From Spirochaetia bacterium (GTDB lineage: Bacteria; Spirochaetota; Spirochaetia; SZUA-6; Bin103), in NCBI GenBank assembly GCA_965208575.1, contig CBDBOV010000004.1, positions 736,001-800,000 on the forward strand: a DNA stretch of 64,000 bases, written 5' to 3'. Below the pieces are notes generated by a model that was not told where the DNA came from, made no database searches, and was given only the letters and a program-made list of their open reading frames with translations. Numbering within the stretch: the first letter of the stretch is position 1; every line of letters starts with the position of its first letter. Shown here one piece after another: positions 1 through 9,651 of this stretch. The position numbers were made by a program, and so were the translations under genes.

Positions 1-205
1 CAGCGAGCTGCAGGTGCGCGCTCCAGTTCAGCCCGCCATCGCCGGTCCACCGTTCGCTCGCCGCCAGCAGCGCCGCGCAATCCGCCAGCAGGCCGGGATT
101 GCCGTGCCGATCGGCAACCGCCGGCCCGGTCGCGCAGTCGGCTTCGGCCGTGCCGATGGCTGCCCCGGCGAGCAGCAAGCCGCCGGCGGCGACCCACGCC
201 CGCAT
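1..205 (-). CDS. 5' part of a secreted leucine-rich-repeat-type protein (signal peptide plus Cys-containing N-cap); runs off the window
   Basis: Manual translation from ATG 205: MRAWVAAGGLLLAGAAIGTAEADCATGPAVADRHGNPGLLADCAALLAASERWTGDGGLNWSAHLQLA. The NPGL-ADC-ALL...LNWS pattern is typical of plant-type LRR N-caps. Not in the ORF track. Confidence 0.6.
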   Translation of the reverse strand, partial: MRAWVAAGGLLLAGAAIGTAEADCATGPAVADRHGNPGLLADCAALLAASERWTGDGGLNWSAHLQLA

Positions 206-439
206 GCCGCCGGTGCGTCCGCCCCACCGGGAAATGCTCCGCTTCCGAGTCCACGCGCCCACTGCATGAACCGTGCCCGAGAACGTACATAAACGCAACG
301 TCCATAAACGCGAAACGCGACGTCCGGGACGCTGCCGCACTTTGCGAACCGGTGGCCGCCTGCGTGGTGTAGTCGGTGCCGGCGGCGGTGTCGCCGGCGT
401 GCGCACAATCGGCGGTGAGTGGTATAGACTCGGCCTGGT

Positions 440-1048
440 ATGAACAGCCCGAAGGTGGTGACCGGGGGCGGCAGTCACTTCTTTGCCTACCTGTCGCGAA
501 TGAAGTTCATCCACCGGTGGGGCCTGATGCGCAACACGCAGGTCGAGAACATCCAGGAGCACAGCCTGCAGGTGGCGATGATCGCGCACGCGCTGGCGCT
601 GATCCGCAACCGGCTGTTCGCGGGCAGCCTCGATCCCGAGCGGGTGATGGTCCTGGCGGTGTTTCACGAGGTCAGCGAGGTGATCACCGGCGACTTCCCG
701 AGCCCGCTGAAGTACTTCAACCCGGAGATCAGCCGTGCCTACTCCGAGATCGAGCAGGTCGCGAGCCGCAAGTTGTGGGACATGATTCCGCGCGATCTGC
801 AGCCCGATTATCGCTCGGTGCTGTTCCGGGAGGCGGGCGACGCGGACGCCTGGGAGCTGGTGAAGGCCGCCGACAAGGTCAGCGCCTACACCAAGTGCCT
901 GGAAGAGCTGAAGGCGGGAAACCAGGAATTCGCCAAGGCCAAGGACAGCCTGGAGCGGGAGATTGCCGACCTGGGGCAGCCCGAGGTCGACTACTTCATG
1001 CGCGAGTTCGTGCACAGCTTCACCCTCGCCCTCGACGAACTGAACTGA
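440..1048 (+). CDS. yfbR: HD-domain 5'-deoxynucleotidase
   Basis: SHFFAYLSRMKFIHRWGLMRN...ENIQEHSLQVAMIAHALA...FHEVSEVITGD-P-P-KY...KAADK is the YfbR signature. Confidence 0.9.
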   Translation: MNSPKVVTGGGSHFFAYLSRMKFIHRWGLMRNTQVENIQEHSLQVAMIAHALALIRNRLFAGSLDPERVMVLAVFHEVSEVITGDFPSPLKYFNPEISRAYSEIEQVASRKLWDMIPRDLQPDYRSVLFREAGDADAWELVKAADKVSAYTKCLEELKAGNQEFAKAKDSLEREIADLGQPEVDYFMREFVHSFTLALDELN

Positions 1049-1117
1049 CTGCGGTCGAGGCAGTAAAGCCGGCCGTTGCCATGCAAGACGCCAAGCACGT
1101 GCGACCGTGACGCCGGC

Positions 1118-1210
1118 ATGCTGGTGGAGTTTCAACGCAAGCGAATCGAGTTGCCGAGTGCACGGTTCGGCTATCTGCGCGACAGCACCGATGCGCTGGA
1201 CGACGCCCGC
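1118..1210 (+). pseudogene. 5' stub resembling the N-terminus of a phytanoyl-CoA dioxygenase family gene
   Basis: MLVEFQRKRIELPSARFGYLRDSTDALDDA, then the frame becomes non-protein-like; similarity recalled from family N-termini. Confidence 0.4.
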
Positions 1211-1286
1211 TCGATCGCCTGTGGCCGAGGCGAGCCAGCGTCGGGGCGTGTAGCGCGCCGGCGCCGGACGGCACGCCGCGAGGGTG

Positions 1287-2726
1287 CTACAACTCGGCCA
1301 ACCTGCGGTTCAGCCACTCCACCATCGGGCCCACCTGCGCGCCGGTGTGCTCGACCATGGTGCCGGGCAGCGGCTGGCCGATCAGCGCCTCCAGCTCGAC
1401 GCGGCAGCCGGCGACCACTTCGGGATGCTCGGCGGCGACGTTGCGGCGCTCTTCCGGGTCGCGGCCCAGGTCGAACAGTTCGTCGCCCTCCTCGTCTTCG
1501 TAGCCGACCGCCGTGCAGTAGTTCCAGCGGTCGTCGCGCACGCTGGCGCGGCCGCGCGCGCGGCCCTCGGTTCCCATCTCGGCCCAGCCGTTGATGATCC
1601 GTTCCCGGATCGCCGCCTTCTCGCCGGTCACCAGCGGCCACAGGTCCTCGCCGTCAGTCCAATCGCAGGGGATCTCCAGCAGTGACAGGATGGTCGGCAT
1701 CAGGTCGTGGTTCTGCACCAGCGCGGTGACGTCGCGGTCGGTCGGTCCGCCGGGATGGCGCATGCACAGGTTCAACTGGGTGTTGAACGGATGCAGTTGC
1801 TTCGCCGACTTGCCGAAGCCGCCGCGGTCGCGAAGCTGCGTGCCGTGGTCGGTCAGGAAGATCACCAGCGTGTCGTCGAACAGCCGTAACTCGTCGAGCT
1901 TGTTCAGCAGCACGCCCACCCACTTGTCCACGAACGTGACCTCGCCCAGGTAGAGCGCCTCGATGCGGCGCAGTTCCTCCTCCGCGGGGTTGCCGCCTTC
2001 CCACACCGCCGGCGGCACGATGAAGTCCTTGCCCTCGTAGCCGGGGCAGTACAGGTCGGCATACGCCGGCGGGGGGTCGAACGGCTCGTGCGGATCGAAG
2101 CTGTCGATCCACAGGAAGAACGGCGCCATGGTGTGGTTGTCCTGCAGCCAGTCGCTCGCGGCGCGGAACACGCGCGCGCAACTGTAGTCGTCCTCCGATG
2201 TGCGGTGACGCTGGTTGAGCAGGTAGTTGACCAGGGAGGCGTGGCGCGGCCAGTCGATCGGCTCGCGCACGTGACGGCGGAGTTGCGCCTCGATCAGCCG
2301 CGGGTCGCCGCTTTTCCAGTTGTCCGTTTCCTGCCCGCGCACGAAATCGAGGTGGGCGAAGCCGCGCGAGAAGTTCACCGTCGGCTTGAACATGTGATAG
2401 GTGTCGGCGATCAGCGCGGTGAGGTAGCCGCGCGCGAGCAGCACCTCGGCGAGGGTCTCCTGGCCGGGCGGGATCTTGTGCCACCCCGGCAGGTGGGGCC
2501 ACAGTCCGCGGCGGTCGCAGTGGTAGCGGAACGGGAAGCTGCGCTGGCCGGTGAACAGCCCGCGGCGTATCTGCAGGGTGGGCTGGCACTCGCCGAAGGC
2601 GCGCGTGAACCGGACGCTGCCGGCGGCGAACTCATCGAGGTTGGGGGTGTGCGCGTGGCTGTAGCGTTTGCCCTCGCCGACGATGTCGGCGCGGAAGGTA
2701 TCGAGGCAGATGCAGACGACGTTCAT
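1287..2726 (-). CDS. Sulfatase / alkaline-phosphatase superfamily hydrolase
   Basis: ICLDTFRAD, PTLQIRRGLFTG, FDPHEPFDPP, FLTDHG and DELFDL-DP-E motifs. Confidence 0.88.
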   Translation of the reverse strand: MNVVCICLDTFRADIVGEGKRYSHAHTPNLDEFAAGSVRFTRAFGECQPTLQIRRGLFTGQRSFPFRYHCDRRGLWPHLPGWHKIPPGQETLAEVLLARGYLTALIADTYHMFKPTVNFSRGFAHLDFVRGQETDNWKSGDPRLIEAQLRRHVREPIDWPRHASLVNYLLNQRHRTSEDDYSCARVFRAASDWLQDNHTMAPFFLWIDSFDPHEPFDPPPAYADLYCPGYEGKDFIVPPAVWEGGNPAEEELRRIEALYLGEVTFVDKWVGVLLNKLDELRLFDDTLVIFLTDHGTQLRDRGGFGKSAKQLHPFNTQLNLCMRHPGGPTDRDVTALVQNHDLMPTILSLLEIPCDWTDGEDLWPLVTGEKAAIRERIINGWAEMGTEGRARGRASVRDDRWNYCTAVGYEDEEGDELFDLGRDPEERRNVAAEHPEVVAGCRVELEALIGQPLPGTMVEHTGAQVGPMVEWLNRRLAEL

Positions 2727-2790
2727 GCCCTCAAGACGCTAAGCGAGACCGCGGGCACGGTCAACGCAACCGGATTCAGGTTAGTTCAGG

Positions 2791-3627
2791 TTACGACAGC
2801 AGCGGTTCCTCGCCGCGGCGCTCGCGGTAGCCGGCCACCAGGATGTTGGAGAGCCCGGTGTTTCTGCCGTTGCTCTGGCCGTTGTGCGGGTGCCGGTAGC
2901 CGACGCGCACCATGCGCCGGGTGCGGTCGGTGGCGTTGATGTAGGAGCCGTGCACGGTGTAGTAGCTGAACACCACCACGTCGCCGCGCCGCGCCGGCAC
3001 CGCGACCGAATCGGTGAGCCGATACCGGTCGGTCGGCAGGTGCGGCGCCGACGGCTCTTTCTCGGTGCCGGTGATGTGCGGCAGCGGCCCCTGCTTGTGG
3101 GAGCCGGCCAGGAAGCGGATCTCGCCGTTGTCGTGGCAGGTGTCGTCGAGGTGGACCAGCACGTCCAGGTAGCGCCCGTCGTCGTGCGGGTAGAAGGGAT
3201 GATCCTGGTGCATCGGAAACGGCTGGCCGCCCGGCGGCTTGTTGTGCATCACCGAGTGGTGCAACTCGATGTCGGGCCCGAGGAGCTGCACCAGGCACGC
3301 CACCAGCTTCGGGTTGCTCACCGCCGCCAGCCACGGCTGCGAGTAGCAGTGCAGCTCGTGCATCGCCTCCAGGCTCGCCGTCTTTTCGGTCTCCTCGTCC
3401 ATGTAGACCTTGCGCCAGGGGCCGCTCCAGCGCTTGTCCACGGTAGCCCACTCGCGCGCCAGCCGGTCGAGGTCGTCCGCCTGCGCCTGGCTCTCGGCGG
3501 GCGTGAACACCTCTTCGATGCGCAGATAACCGTGCTCGTGATAGAACTCCACCTCCGCCCGGCTCAGTGGTCCGGTGCCGGCGGCGGTGCCGTTCGAGGT
3601 CGCGCTGACCTGCGTTTCCGTTGCCAT
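2791..3627 (-). CDS. Phytanoyl-CoA dioxygenase (PhyH) family Fe(II)/2OG dioxygenase
   Basis: FYHEHGYL, PMHQDHPFY (HxD) and TVHGS-N-RR; start set at MATETQ (ATG 3627). Confidence 0.88.
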   Translation of the reverse strand: MATETQVSATSNGTAAGTGPLSRAEVEFYHEHGYLRIEEVFTPAESQAQADDLDRLAREWATVDKRWSGPWRKVYMDEETEKTASLEAMHELHCYSQPWLAAVSNPKLVACLVQLLGPDIELHHSVMHNKPPGGQPFPMHQDHPFYPHDDGRYLDVLVHLDDTCHDNGEIRFLAGSHKQGPLPHITGTEKEPSAPHLPTDRYRLTDSVAVPARRGDVVVFSYYTVHGSYINATDRTRRMVRVGYRHPHNGQSNGRNTGLSNILVAGYRERRGEEPLLS

Positions 3628-3729
3628 ACCGGCCACCCTATCGCTCGGTGCGGTTCTGCGCAACCGCCGGCGATGTCGTCGATTACGGCGATGGCACGGC
3701 ACGCCGCGGCGGGCCCATGATGCGCGCCA

Positions 3730-3786
3730 TGGCGCCGCGCGCACGAAACATCCTCCTCGTCACCTCCGACCAAGAACGACCTGATC
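3730..3786 (+). pseudogene. 5' stub of a sulfatase-like gene
   Basis: MAPRARNILLVTSDQERPD matches the 'NIL(L/F)I(T/S)DQxRxD' sulfatase N-terminus; no gene body follows. Confidence 0.5.
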
Positions 3787-3880
3787 CGCAAGCTGCCGCA
3801 CGCGGAACTGGGCCGGGAGCCGCTGCCGATGCCGCGCGCCGCGGGCGCGTAGCCGGTCTCGGGAACACACGCGTGGTGGC

Positions 3881-4978
3881 CTACGGCGGCACCAGCACGA
3901 GCTTGCCGGTGAATCGCTTGGCGAGGAAGTCGGTCTGCGCGGCGACGATGTCCGCCAGCGGATAGGTGTTCGCCACCACCGGCCGGACCTCCCCGCGCTC
4001 GATGTAGGACACGAGGCTCTCGAAGACGCCCTCGTCCTGAACCGTGCAGCCGATCAGGGTCAGGTCACGCAGGTACAGCGTGCGCAGGTCCAACGGGCCG
4101 ACCGGACCGGCGATGGCGCCCGAGCAGACGTAGCGCCCTCCCCTCCGCAACACGTCAAGCAGCCGGGACCAGCGCTCGCCGCCGACCACGTCCACCACGA
4201 GGTCGAGGTTGCCGGCTCCGACACTCGCAACCACATCGGCGCCGCGGTCGATCACCTCGTCGGCGCCGAGAGCCTGCACCGCGCCCTTCTTCGCTGCGCT
4301 CGCCTGCGCAATCACGTGCGCCCCGCGGCGCTTGGCAAGCTGCACCGCGGCGCTGCCGACACCCCCTGACGCCCCTGTCACCAGCACGCGCTCGGAGCCG
4401 AGGCCGGCACGCCGCAGCATGTTCTCGGCGGTGGAGTAGGCGCACGGCATCGAAGCAAGCTCGACGCTGCTCCAGCCGCACCGGACGCGATAGGTCTCTC
4501 GGGACGGTGCTTTGGCGTACTGTGCGAATGCGCCGTCGACCTCCGATCCCAACGTATCTGCTTCGAACGGGCGATACCCGCGGTAATGGCGCAGCAGCGG
4601 CGCCACGACCACGCGCTCCCCGATCCTGCTGCGTGCCACGCCCTCGCCTGCCGCAACGATGTGGCCGCAGCAATCGGCGCCCTGTATGCGCGGAAACCGG
4701 AGCGGCGCTCCCTGCCAGCTCGCCCCGCCGGATCCATGCGATGCGGCGGCGTCCGCGCCCGCCCTGCCGGACGTCGGCGCTGCCTTCGCGTACCACCCGG
4801 TCCGCGTATTGATGTCGGTATTGTTGACTGCGGCCGCGGCGACCCGGATCAGCACCTCACCGGCCCCGGGACGCGGCACCGGGACGTCGGTTCGATACTC
4901 GAGGCGATCGAAGCCGCCATGACCGGTCAGCAGCACCGCGCACATCCGCTCGGGAATGTTGGCGGCGCCGTCAGCCAT
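3881..4978 (-). CDS. MDR-family (quinone oxidoreductase-like) alcohol dehydrogenase
   Basis: GEVLIRVAAAAVNNTD, PRIQGAD, LVTGASGGVG and GKLVL; overlaps the hydantoinase B stop. Confidence 0.9.
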   Translation of the reverse strand: MADGAANIPERMCAVLLTGHGGFDRLEYRTDVPVPRPGAGEVLIRVAAAAVNNTDINTRTGWYAKAAPTSGRAGADAAASHGSGGASWQGAPLRFPRIQGADCCGHIVAAGEGVARSRIGERVVVAPLLRHYRGYRPFEADTLGSEVDGAFAQYAKAPSRETYRVRCGWSSVELASMPCAYSTAENMLRRAGLGSERVLVTGASGGVGSAAVQLAKRRGAHVIAQASAAKKGAVQALGADEVIDRGADVVASVGAGNLDLVVDVVGGERWSRLLDVLRRGGRYVCSGAIAGPVGPLDLRTLYLRDLTLIGCTVQDEGVFESLVSYIERGEVRPVVANTYPLADIVAAQTDFLAKRFTGKLVLVPP

Positions 4979-6668
4979 CGCGGCCGTAGATGTCCCGGGC
5001 GCGCTGTTCGCCGATCAGGCCCTCTTCCACATCGTGATCTACCGCCCCCGCGGGGCGCTGCCTCGGATCGCCCCAGCCGCCGCCGCCGGGGGTCTCGACG
5101 CGGAACAGGTCGCCCCGGCCCAGCTCCGCCACCACCTTGGTCGGCACCTCGCGTACGCTGCCGTCTGGCGAAGTGACGTAGGCGTGCGCCCCGGCGGCGT
5201 GGTGGCCGCCGTCCAGGCCCCAGGGCGTGAAGCGGCGCCGGTCGGAGCCCATGCTGACCACGGTGCGCTCGGCCAGGCAGCGCAGCTCGCGCATCATGCC
5301 GCAGCCGCCGCGCTGGCGGCCCGCTCCCTCGGTATCGGGCAGCAGGCCGTAGCGCACCACTTCCAGCGGATAGGTGCTCTCGATCACCTCCACGGTGGCA
5401 TTGCGGGTATTGGTCAGGTGGGTGTGCACGCCGTCGTCGCCGTCCAGGTCGTGGGAAGCGCCCTGGCCGCCGGCGTAGGTCTCCACGTAGTTGTAGTAGA
5501 TCCCCTCGGTGGGCCCGGGGCGGCTGTCGATGCCGCCGATGTTGATCAGGTTCATTTCGCCGCTGCAGGCGGCGCACACCCGCTCCGGCACGCACTGCGC
5601 GAGCGCCCCCATCAGCACGTCCACGACGCGTTGATCGGTGAGGATGTTGGCCTGGCCGATGGCGGCCGGGTAGGCCGCCTGCAGGATGCTGCCCTCGGGG
5701 GCGTGCACGTGGATCGGGCGGTAGGAGCCGGCGCAGGTGGGCAGGTCGGGGTCGATCACCGCCTTGCAGGTGTAGTAGACCGCGGCCTGCGCGGCACTGA
5801 TGCGCGCGTTGAGCGGGCCGAGCACCTGGCCGCTGCTGCCGGTGAAGTCGGCGGTCAACTCGTCGGCGGCAATGCGGATCGCCACGGCGATCTTCACCGG
5901 TTCGTCGGTGACGCCGTCGTCGTCGAGGAGGTCCTCGAACCGGTAGGTGCCGTCGGGCAGCTCCGCGATGCCGGCGCGCATGCAGCGCTCGGCGTGGTCG
6001 AGAATCTCCTGCATGTACCGAACCACCTCGCTCGCGTCGACGCGCTCAAGGAGCTCGCCGACCCGCTGCTCGGCCTTCCTGGCCACCGCGTACTGCGCCA
6101 TCAGGTCGCCGCGCACCTCGTAGTCGGTACGCACGTTCTGCTCGATCAGGCGCAGCAGGTTGTCGTCGAAGCGGCCCTGCCGCACCAGCGGCAGCGGCGG
6201 GATCTGCAGCCCCTCCTGGTAGATCTCGGTGACGCCGAACGGCATGCTGCCGGGCGCGTAGCCGCCCATGTCGACGTGGTGGGCGGTGGAGGCGGCGAGC
6301 GCAATCGGCTGTCCGTCGTGAAAGATCGGCGACACCAGCGACAGGTCGGGCAGATGGCCCGGCCCCTCCGGGTACGGGAGGTTGGTGCCGTACACGTCGC
6401 CGGGCCGCATCTGCCGCACCGGGTAGCGCGCCAGGATGGCCCGGATCACGCCCGGCATCACGCCCAGGTGCAGCGGTGTGCCCACCTCGGCCTGCGCCAC
6501 GATCTCGCCGTTCGGCATCGCCAGCGCCGCCGAGCAGTCGCGGCGGTCCTTGATGTTGGTGGAGTGGCTGGCGCGCACCAAGGCGGCGCAGCACTCTTCG
6601 GCGATCCCCTTCCAGCGGTTGCGCATGATCTCGAGGGTGACGGGATCGATGCGGCACGGCGCACTCAC
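4971..6668 (-). CDS. Hydantoinase B / oxoprolinase family protein
   Basis: DPVTLEI, S-NIKDRRDCS, GHLPD, HHVDMGG, EIYQEGLQIPP and ETPGGGGWGDP; GTG 6668 overlaps the upstream stop (GTGA). Confidence 0.92.
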   Translation of the reverse strand: MSAPCRIDPVTLEIMRNRWKGIAEECCAALVRASHSTNIKDRRDCSAALAMPNGEIVAQAEVGTPLHLGVMPGVIRAILARYPVRQMRPGDVYGTNLPYPEGPGHLPDLSLVSPIFHDGQPIALAASTAHHVDMGGYAPGSMPFGVTEIYQEGLQIPPLPLVRQGRFDDNLLRLIEQNVRTDYEVRGDLMAQYAVARKAEQRVGELLERVDASEVVRYMQEILDHAERCMRAGIAELPDGTYRFEDLLDDDGVTDEPVKIAVAIRIAADELTADFTGSSGQVLGPLNARISAAQAAVYYTCKAVIDPDLPTCAGSYRPIHVHAPEGSILQAAYPAAIGQANILTDQRVVDVLMGALAQCVPERVCAACSGEMNLINIGGIDSRPGPTEGIYYNYVETYAGGQGASHDLDGDDGVHTHLTNTRNATVEVIESTYPLEVVRYGLLPDTEGAGRQRGGCGMMRELRCLAERTVVSMGSDRRRFTPWGLDGGHHAAGAHAYVTSPDGSVREVPTKVVAELGRGDLFRVETPGGGGWGDPRQRPAGAVDHDVEEGLIGEQRARDIYGRDG

Positions 6669-8710
6669 GGGGCGCGCTCCAGCGGACCGAGCAGGAGCTG
6701 GCCGCGCCGGTCCACCTCCAGGCGCTGCTCCGGCCACAGCGCCGTGGTGGCGTCGAGCTGCTCGACGATCGCCGGACCGGTCAGCGCGGTGCCGGCGGCC
6801 AGCGCCTCACGGCGGTAGACCGGCGTCTCGCAGCGCCGGCCCGCGAACCACACCTGGCGCAACGCCGCCGGTTGCGGGCGGGCGGTCGCCGGCGGTGCCG
6901 GCGGCAGGCGCAGCGGCCGGGTGTCGACCTCGACCGACACCCAGACGCTGTGCGTCTCGACCGGGTGCTCCGGACGCGCGTAGCCGTAGGTGCGCTCGTG
7001 CTCGGCGTGGAAGTTCCCGGCGACCTCTTGCAGGTCCAGAGGACCCGGTGCCACCGCCACCGGCAGTTCGTAACGCTGGCCCAGGTAGCGCTGGCCGAGG
7101 GCGCGGGTCAGGCGCACCTCGCCGGCGCCGTTGGCGGACCAGCGCAGCCGCTCGCGCGCGGTCTCCTCCAGATCCCGGAACACCGTCTCCAGTTCGACGG
7201 CGCTGGTATGGTCCAGCCGCCGCACGAAGGTAGCAAGGCGGTCCTCGCGCAGGTTGGTCATCAACAGGCCGACGGCGGAGTTCACGCCGGGCGCCAGCGG
7301 CACGATGATGCGTTCGATGCCGAGATCCGCCGCCAGCTCGGCGCCGTGCAGCGGGCCGGCGCCGCCGAACGGGCACAGGGCGAACTCGCGCGGGTCGTGC
7401 CCCCGTTCCACGGTGAGCTTGCCGATGGCGGCGGTCATCGCCGCGTTGACCACCCGGATCATCCCCTCGGCGGCCTGCTCCACGCTGAGCCTCAGCGGCG
7501 CGGCCAGCCGGTCGTGAATCGCGCGCCGCGCCGCCTCCGGATCGACCGTCATGCCGCCGCCGAGCAGCGACTCCACCCCCAGCCGCCCCAGCACCAGGTT
7601 GGCGTCGGTCACGGTCGGCTCGCTGCCTCCGGTGCCGTAGCACGCCGGCCCCGGGCGGGCGCCGGCCGACCGCGGCCCGACACGCAACGCACCGCCGGCG
7701 TCGATCCAGCCGACGCTGCCCCCGCCGGCGCCCACGGAATGGATGTCCAGCATCGGCACGCTGATCGCCAGGCCTCCCATCTCGGTGTCGCGGGCGAACG
7801 CCACCTCGCCATCCTGGACCACGCCGACGTCGAAGCTGGTACCGCCCATGTCCGCGGTAATCAGGTTCCGGCACGCGTCGGCCGAGCGGGCGATGGCGGC
7901 GCCGGCCACGATGCCGCCGGCTGGTCCGGACATCACCGTCTCCACCGCGCGGCGGCCGGCGGAACGCGCCGACATCACGCCGCCGCTCGACTTCATGATG
8001 AACAACGGTGCGGCGATGCCGTGCGCTCCGAGCCCCTGTTCCAACCGTCCCAGGTAGTCCCCGATCACGGGCTGCACGAAGGCGTTCATGGCACAGGTGC
8101 TGAAGCGCTCGTACTCGCCCTGCTCGCCTACCAGTTCGTGCGACAGGCACACCGTCACCCCCGGCAAGCCGTCGGCGAGCACCCGTCCCACCTCACGTTC
8201 GTGTGCAGGATTGACACAACTGTGCAGCAGTCCCACCGCCACCGCCTCGATCCGCTCCCGGCGCAGCGCATCGCTGATGGCGTGGAGCTGCTCGCGGTCG
8301 ACCGGAGTCTGCACGCTGCCGTCGTAGCGCATGCGTTCCCGCAGTTCGAAACGCAGCGCGCGCGGTACCAGCGGACGGGCGCGGCGCCCGCGCAGGTCAT
8401 ACAGCCGCGGGCGGTCCTGGCGCTGGATCTGCAGCACGTCGCGGAAGCCGGCGGTGGTGATCAGCGCCACGCGCGCCCCGGCACGCTGCAGCACCGCGTT
8501 GGTAGCCACCGTGGTGCCGTGGATCAGCAGCTCGACCTGGTCCGGGCGCGCGCCGACCCGCCGGGCGATCTCGCGGGCGCCCTGAATGATTCCGTGCGCC
8601 GGATCGTCCGGCGTGGAGGCCACCTTGTGGAACGCCAGCCGTCCGCCCTCGGGATCGAACGCCACCAAATCGGTAAACGTGCCCCCGGTATCGATCCCGA
8701 TCCTGATCAT
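6665..8710 (-). CDS. Hydantoinase A / oxoprolinase family protein
   Basis: IGIDTGGTFTD, HGTTVATN, SGPAGG, DMGGTSFD, GAGGGS, PTVTDAN and FGGAGPLH. Confidence 0.93.
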   Translation of the reverse strand: MIRIGIDTGGTFTDLVAFDPEGGRLAFHKVASTPDDPAHGIIQGAREIARRVGARPDQVELLIHGTTVATNAVLQRAGARVALITTAGFRDVLQIQRQDRPRLYDLRGRRARPLVPRALRFELRERMRYDGSVQTPVDREQLHAISDALRRERIEAVAVGLLHSCVNPAHEREVGRVLADGLPGVTVCLSHELVGEQGEYERFSTCAMNAFVQPVIGDYLGRLEQGLGAHGIAAPLFIMKSSGGVMSARSAGRRAVETVMSGPAGGIVAGAAIARSADACRNLITADMGGTSFDVGVVQDGEVAFARDTEMGGLAISVPMLDIHSVGAGGGSVGWIDAGGALRVGPRSAGARPGPACYGTGGSEPTVTDANLVLGRLGVESLLGGGMTVDPEAARRAIHDRLAAPLRLSVEQAAEGMIRVVNAAMTAAIGKLTVERGHDPREFALCPFGGAGPLHGAELAADLGIERIIVPLAPGVNSAVGLLMTNLREDRLATFVRRLDHTSAVELETVFRDLEETARERLRWSANGAGEVRLTRALGQRYLGQRYELPVAVAPGPLDLQEVAGNFHAEHERTYGYARPEHPVETHSVWVSVEVDTRPLRLPPAPPATARPQPAALRQVWFAGRRCETPVYRREALAAGTALTGPAIVEQLDATTALWPEQRLEVDRRGQLLLGPLERAP

Positions 8711-8797
8711 GCGCCACACCACCCTACCAGGATCCGGCGTGCCGCAGAACCCGGCGGTCGCCGTCGACCGCCGCCGTGCCGACGGCGCGTACGTTGC

Positions 8798-9445
8798 TTA
8801 CAGTAGCTTGTCTACGGCAACGAGTACCGCCACCGCCGCCGCGATAGCACCTCCCAATCGTACCGTCATCCGCTCCTGCACCTTGCTGATCTCGACGCGC
8901 AGCGTCTCAAGTTGCACCTTGGTGGCAAGCGTGGCGATCTCGTCCCTGGTCGCGAGAGTCGCTATCTCGTCCTTGGTGGCGAGCTTTGCTATCTCCGCCT
9001 TGGTGGCGAGATTCGCTATCTCCGCTTTGGTAGCTACCTCGCCACGCAGCGCGGCCAGGTCTTCCCTGGTAGCTGCCTCGCCACGCAGCGCGGCCAGGTC
9101 TTCCCTGGTAGCTACTTCGCCACGCAGCGCTGCCAGGTCTTCCCTGGTAGCTACTTCGCTGCGCAGCGCTGCCAGGTCTTCCTTGGTAACTACTTCGCCA
9201 CGCAGCGCGGCCAGGTCTTCCTTGGTAGCTGCCTCGCCGCGCAGCACGGCGAGTTCTTCCTTGGTGGCAAGAGTGGCAATCTCGCGGCGGAGAGCCGCGA
9301 TATCGTCCTTGGTGGCGAGGTTCTCGACCATGCCCTCGGCAAAGGTCGACACCAGCACCCGCGCCTGGGTTTCATCGAAACCCGCTTCTCTCTGCAGCCG
9401 AGTGGCCGCCTTGAGGGTGTCGAAGGCTACCGCCACGGCCGCCAT
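8798..9445 (-). CDS. CCDC90/DUF1640-like membrane-anchored coiled-coil protein with internal tandem repeats
   Basis: FDTL-A-L-AGF-E-QA head, repeated ATKEDLAALRGEV, C-terminal hydrophobic anchor; GGAGGGAG RBS before ATG 9445. Confidence 0.82.
   Translation of the reverse strand: MAAVAVAFDTLKAATRLQREAGFDETQARVLVSTFAEGMVENLATKDDIAALRREIATLATKEELAVLRGEAATKEDLAALRGEVVTKEDLAALRSEVATREDLAALRGEVATREDLAALRGEAATREDLAALRGEVATKAEIANLATKAEIAKLATKDEIATLATRDEIATLATKVQLETLRVEISKVQERMTVRLGGAIAAAVAVLVAVDKLL
8920..9320 (-). repeat. In-frame coding tandem repeats: about six 39-bp units followed by about five 27-bp units
   Basis: AT(K/R)EDLAALRGE(V/A) x6, then ATK(A/D)EIA(N/K/T)L x4-5, visible in both protein and DNA. 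Confidence 0.85.
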
Positions 9446-9651
9446 CCTACTCCCTCCGCGGTGATCCGTACACCGCACTTCGTCACGTCGCTCATATCAC
9501 TATGCAACGCGCTGCTGTGCGCTGGCGCTTCAACCCGCGAAGGCCGGGGGCAGCAGGTAGGCGGCCGGGCATGGCGCGCGCCGCATGAAATCCGTAGACT
9601 GCCCTTCATGGCACGCTACCCTGACAGCGAACAGGGGCGCGACTACCGGAG

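Noticed and set aside
4956-8806. Long plus-strand ORFs of 620 and 644 aa (and similar ones at 21708, 40804, 46368 and 52132)
   Set aside because: Antisense shadow ORFs of real genes in high-GC DNA, with no recognisable motifs.
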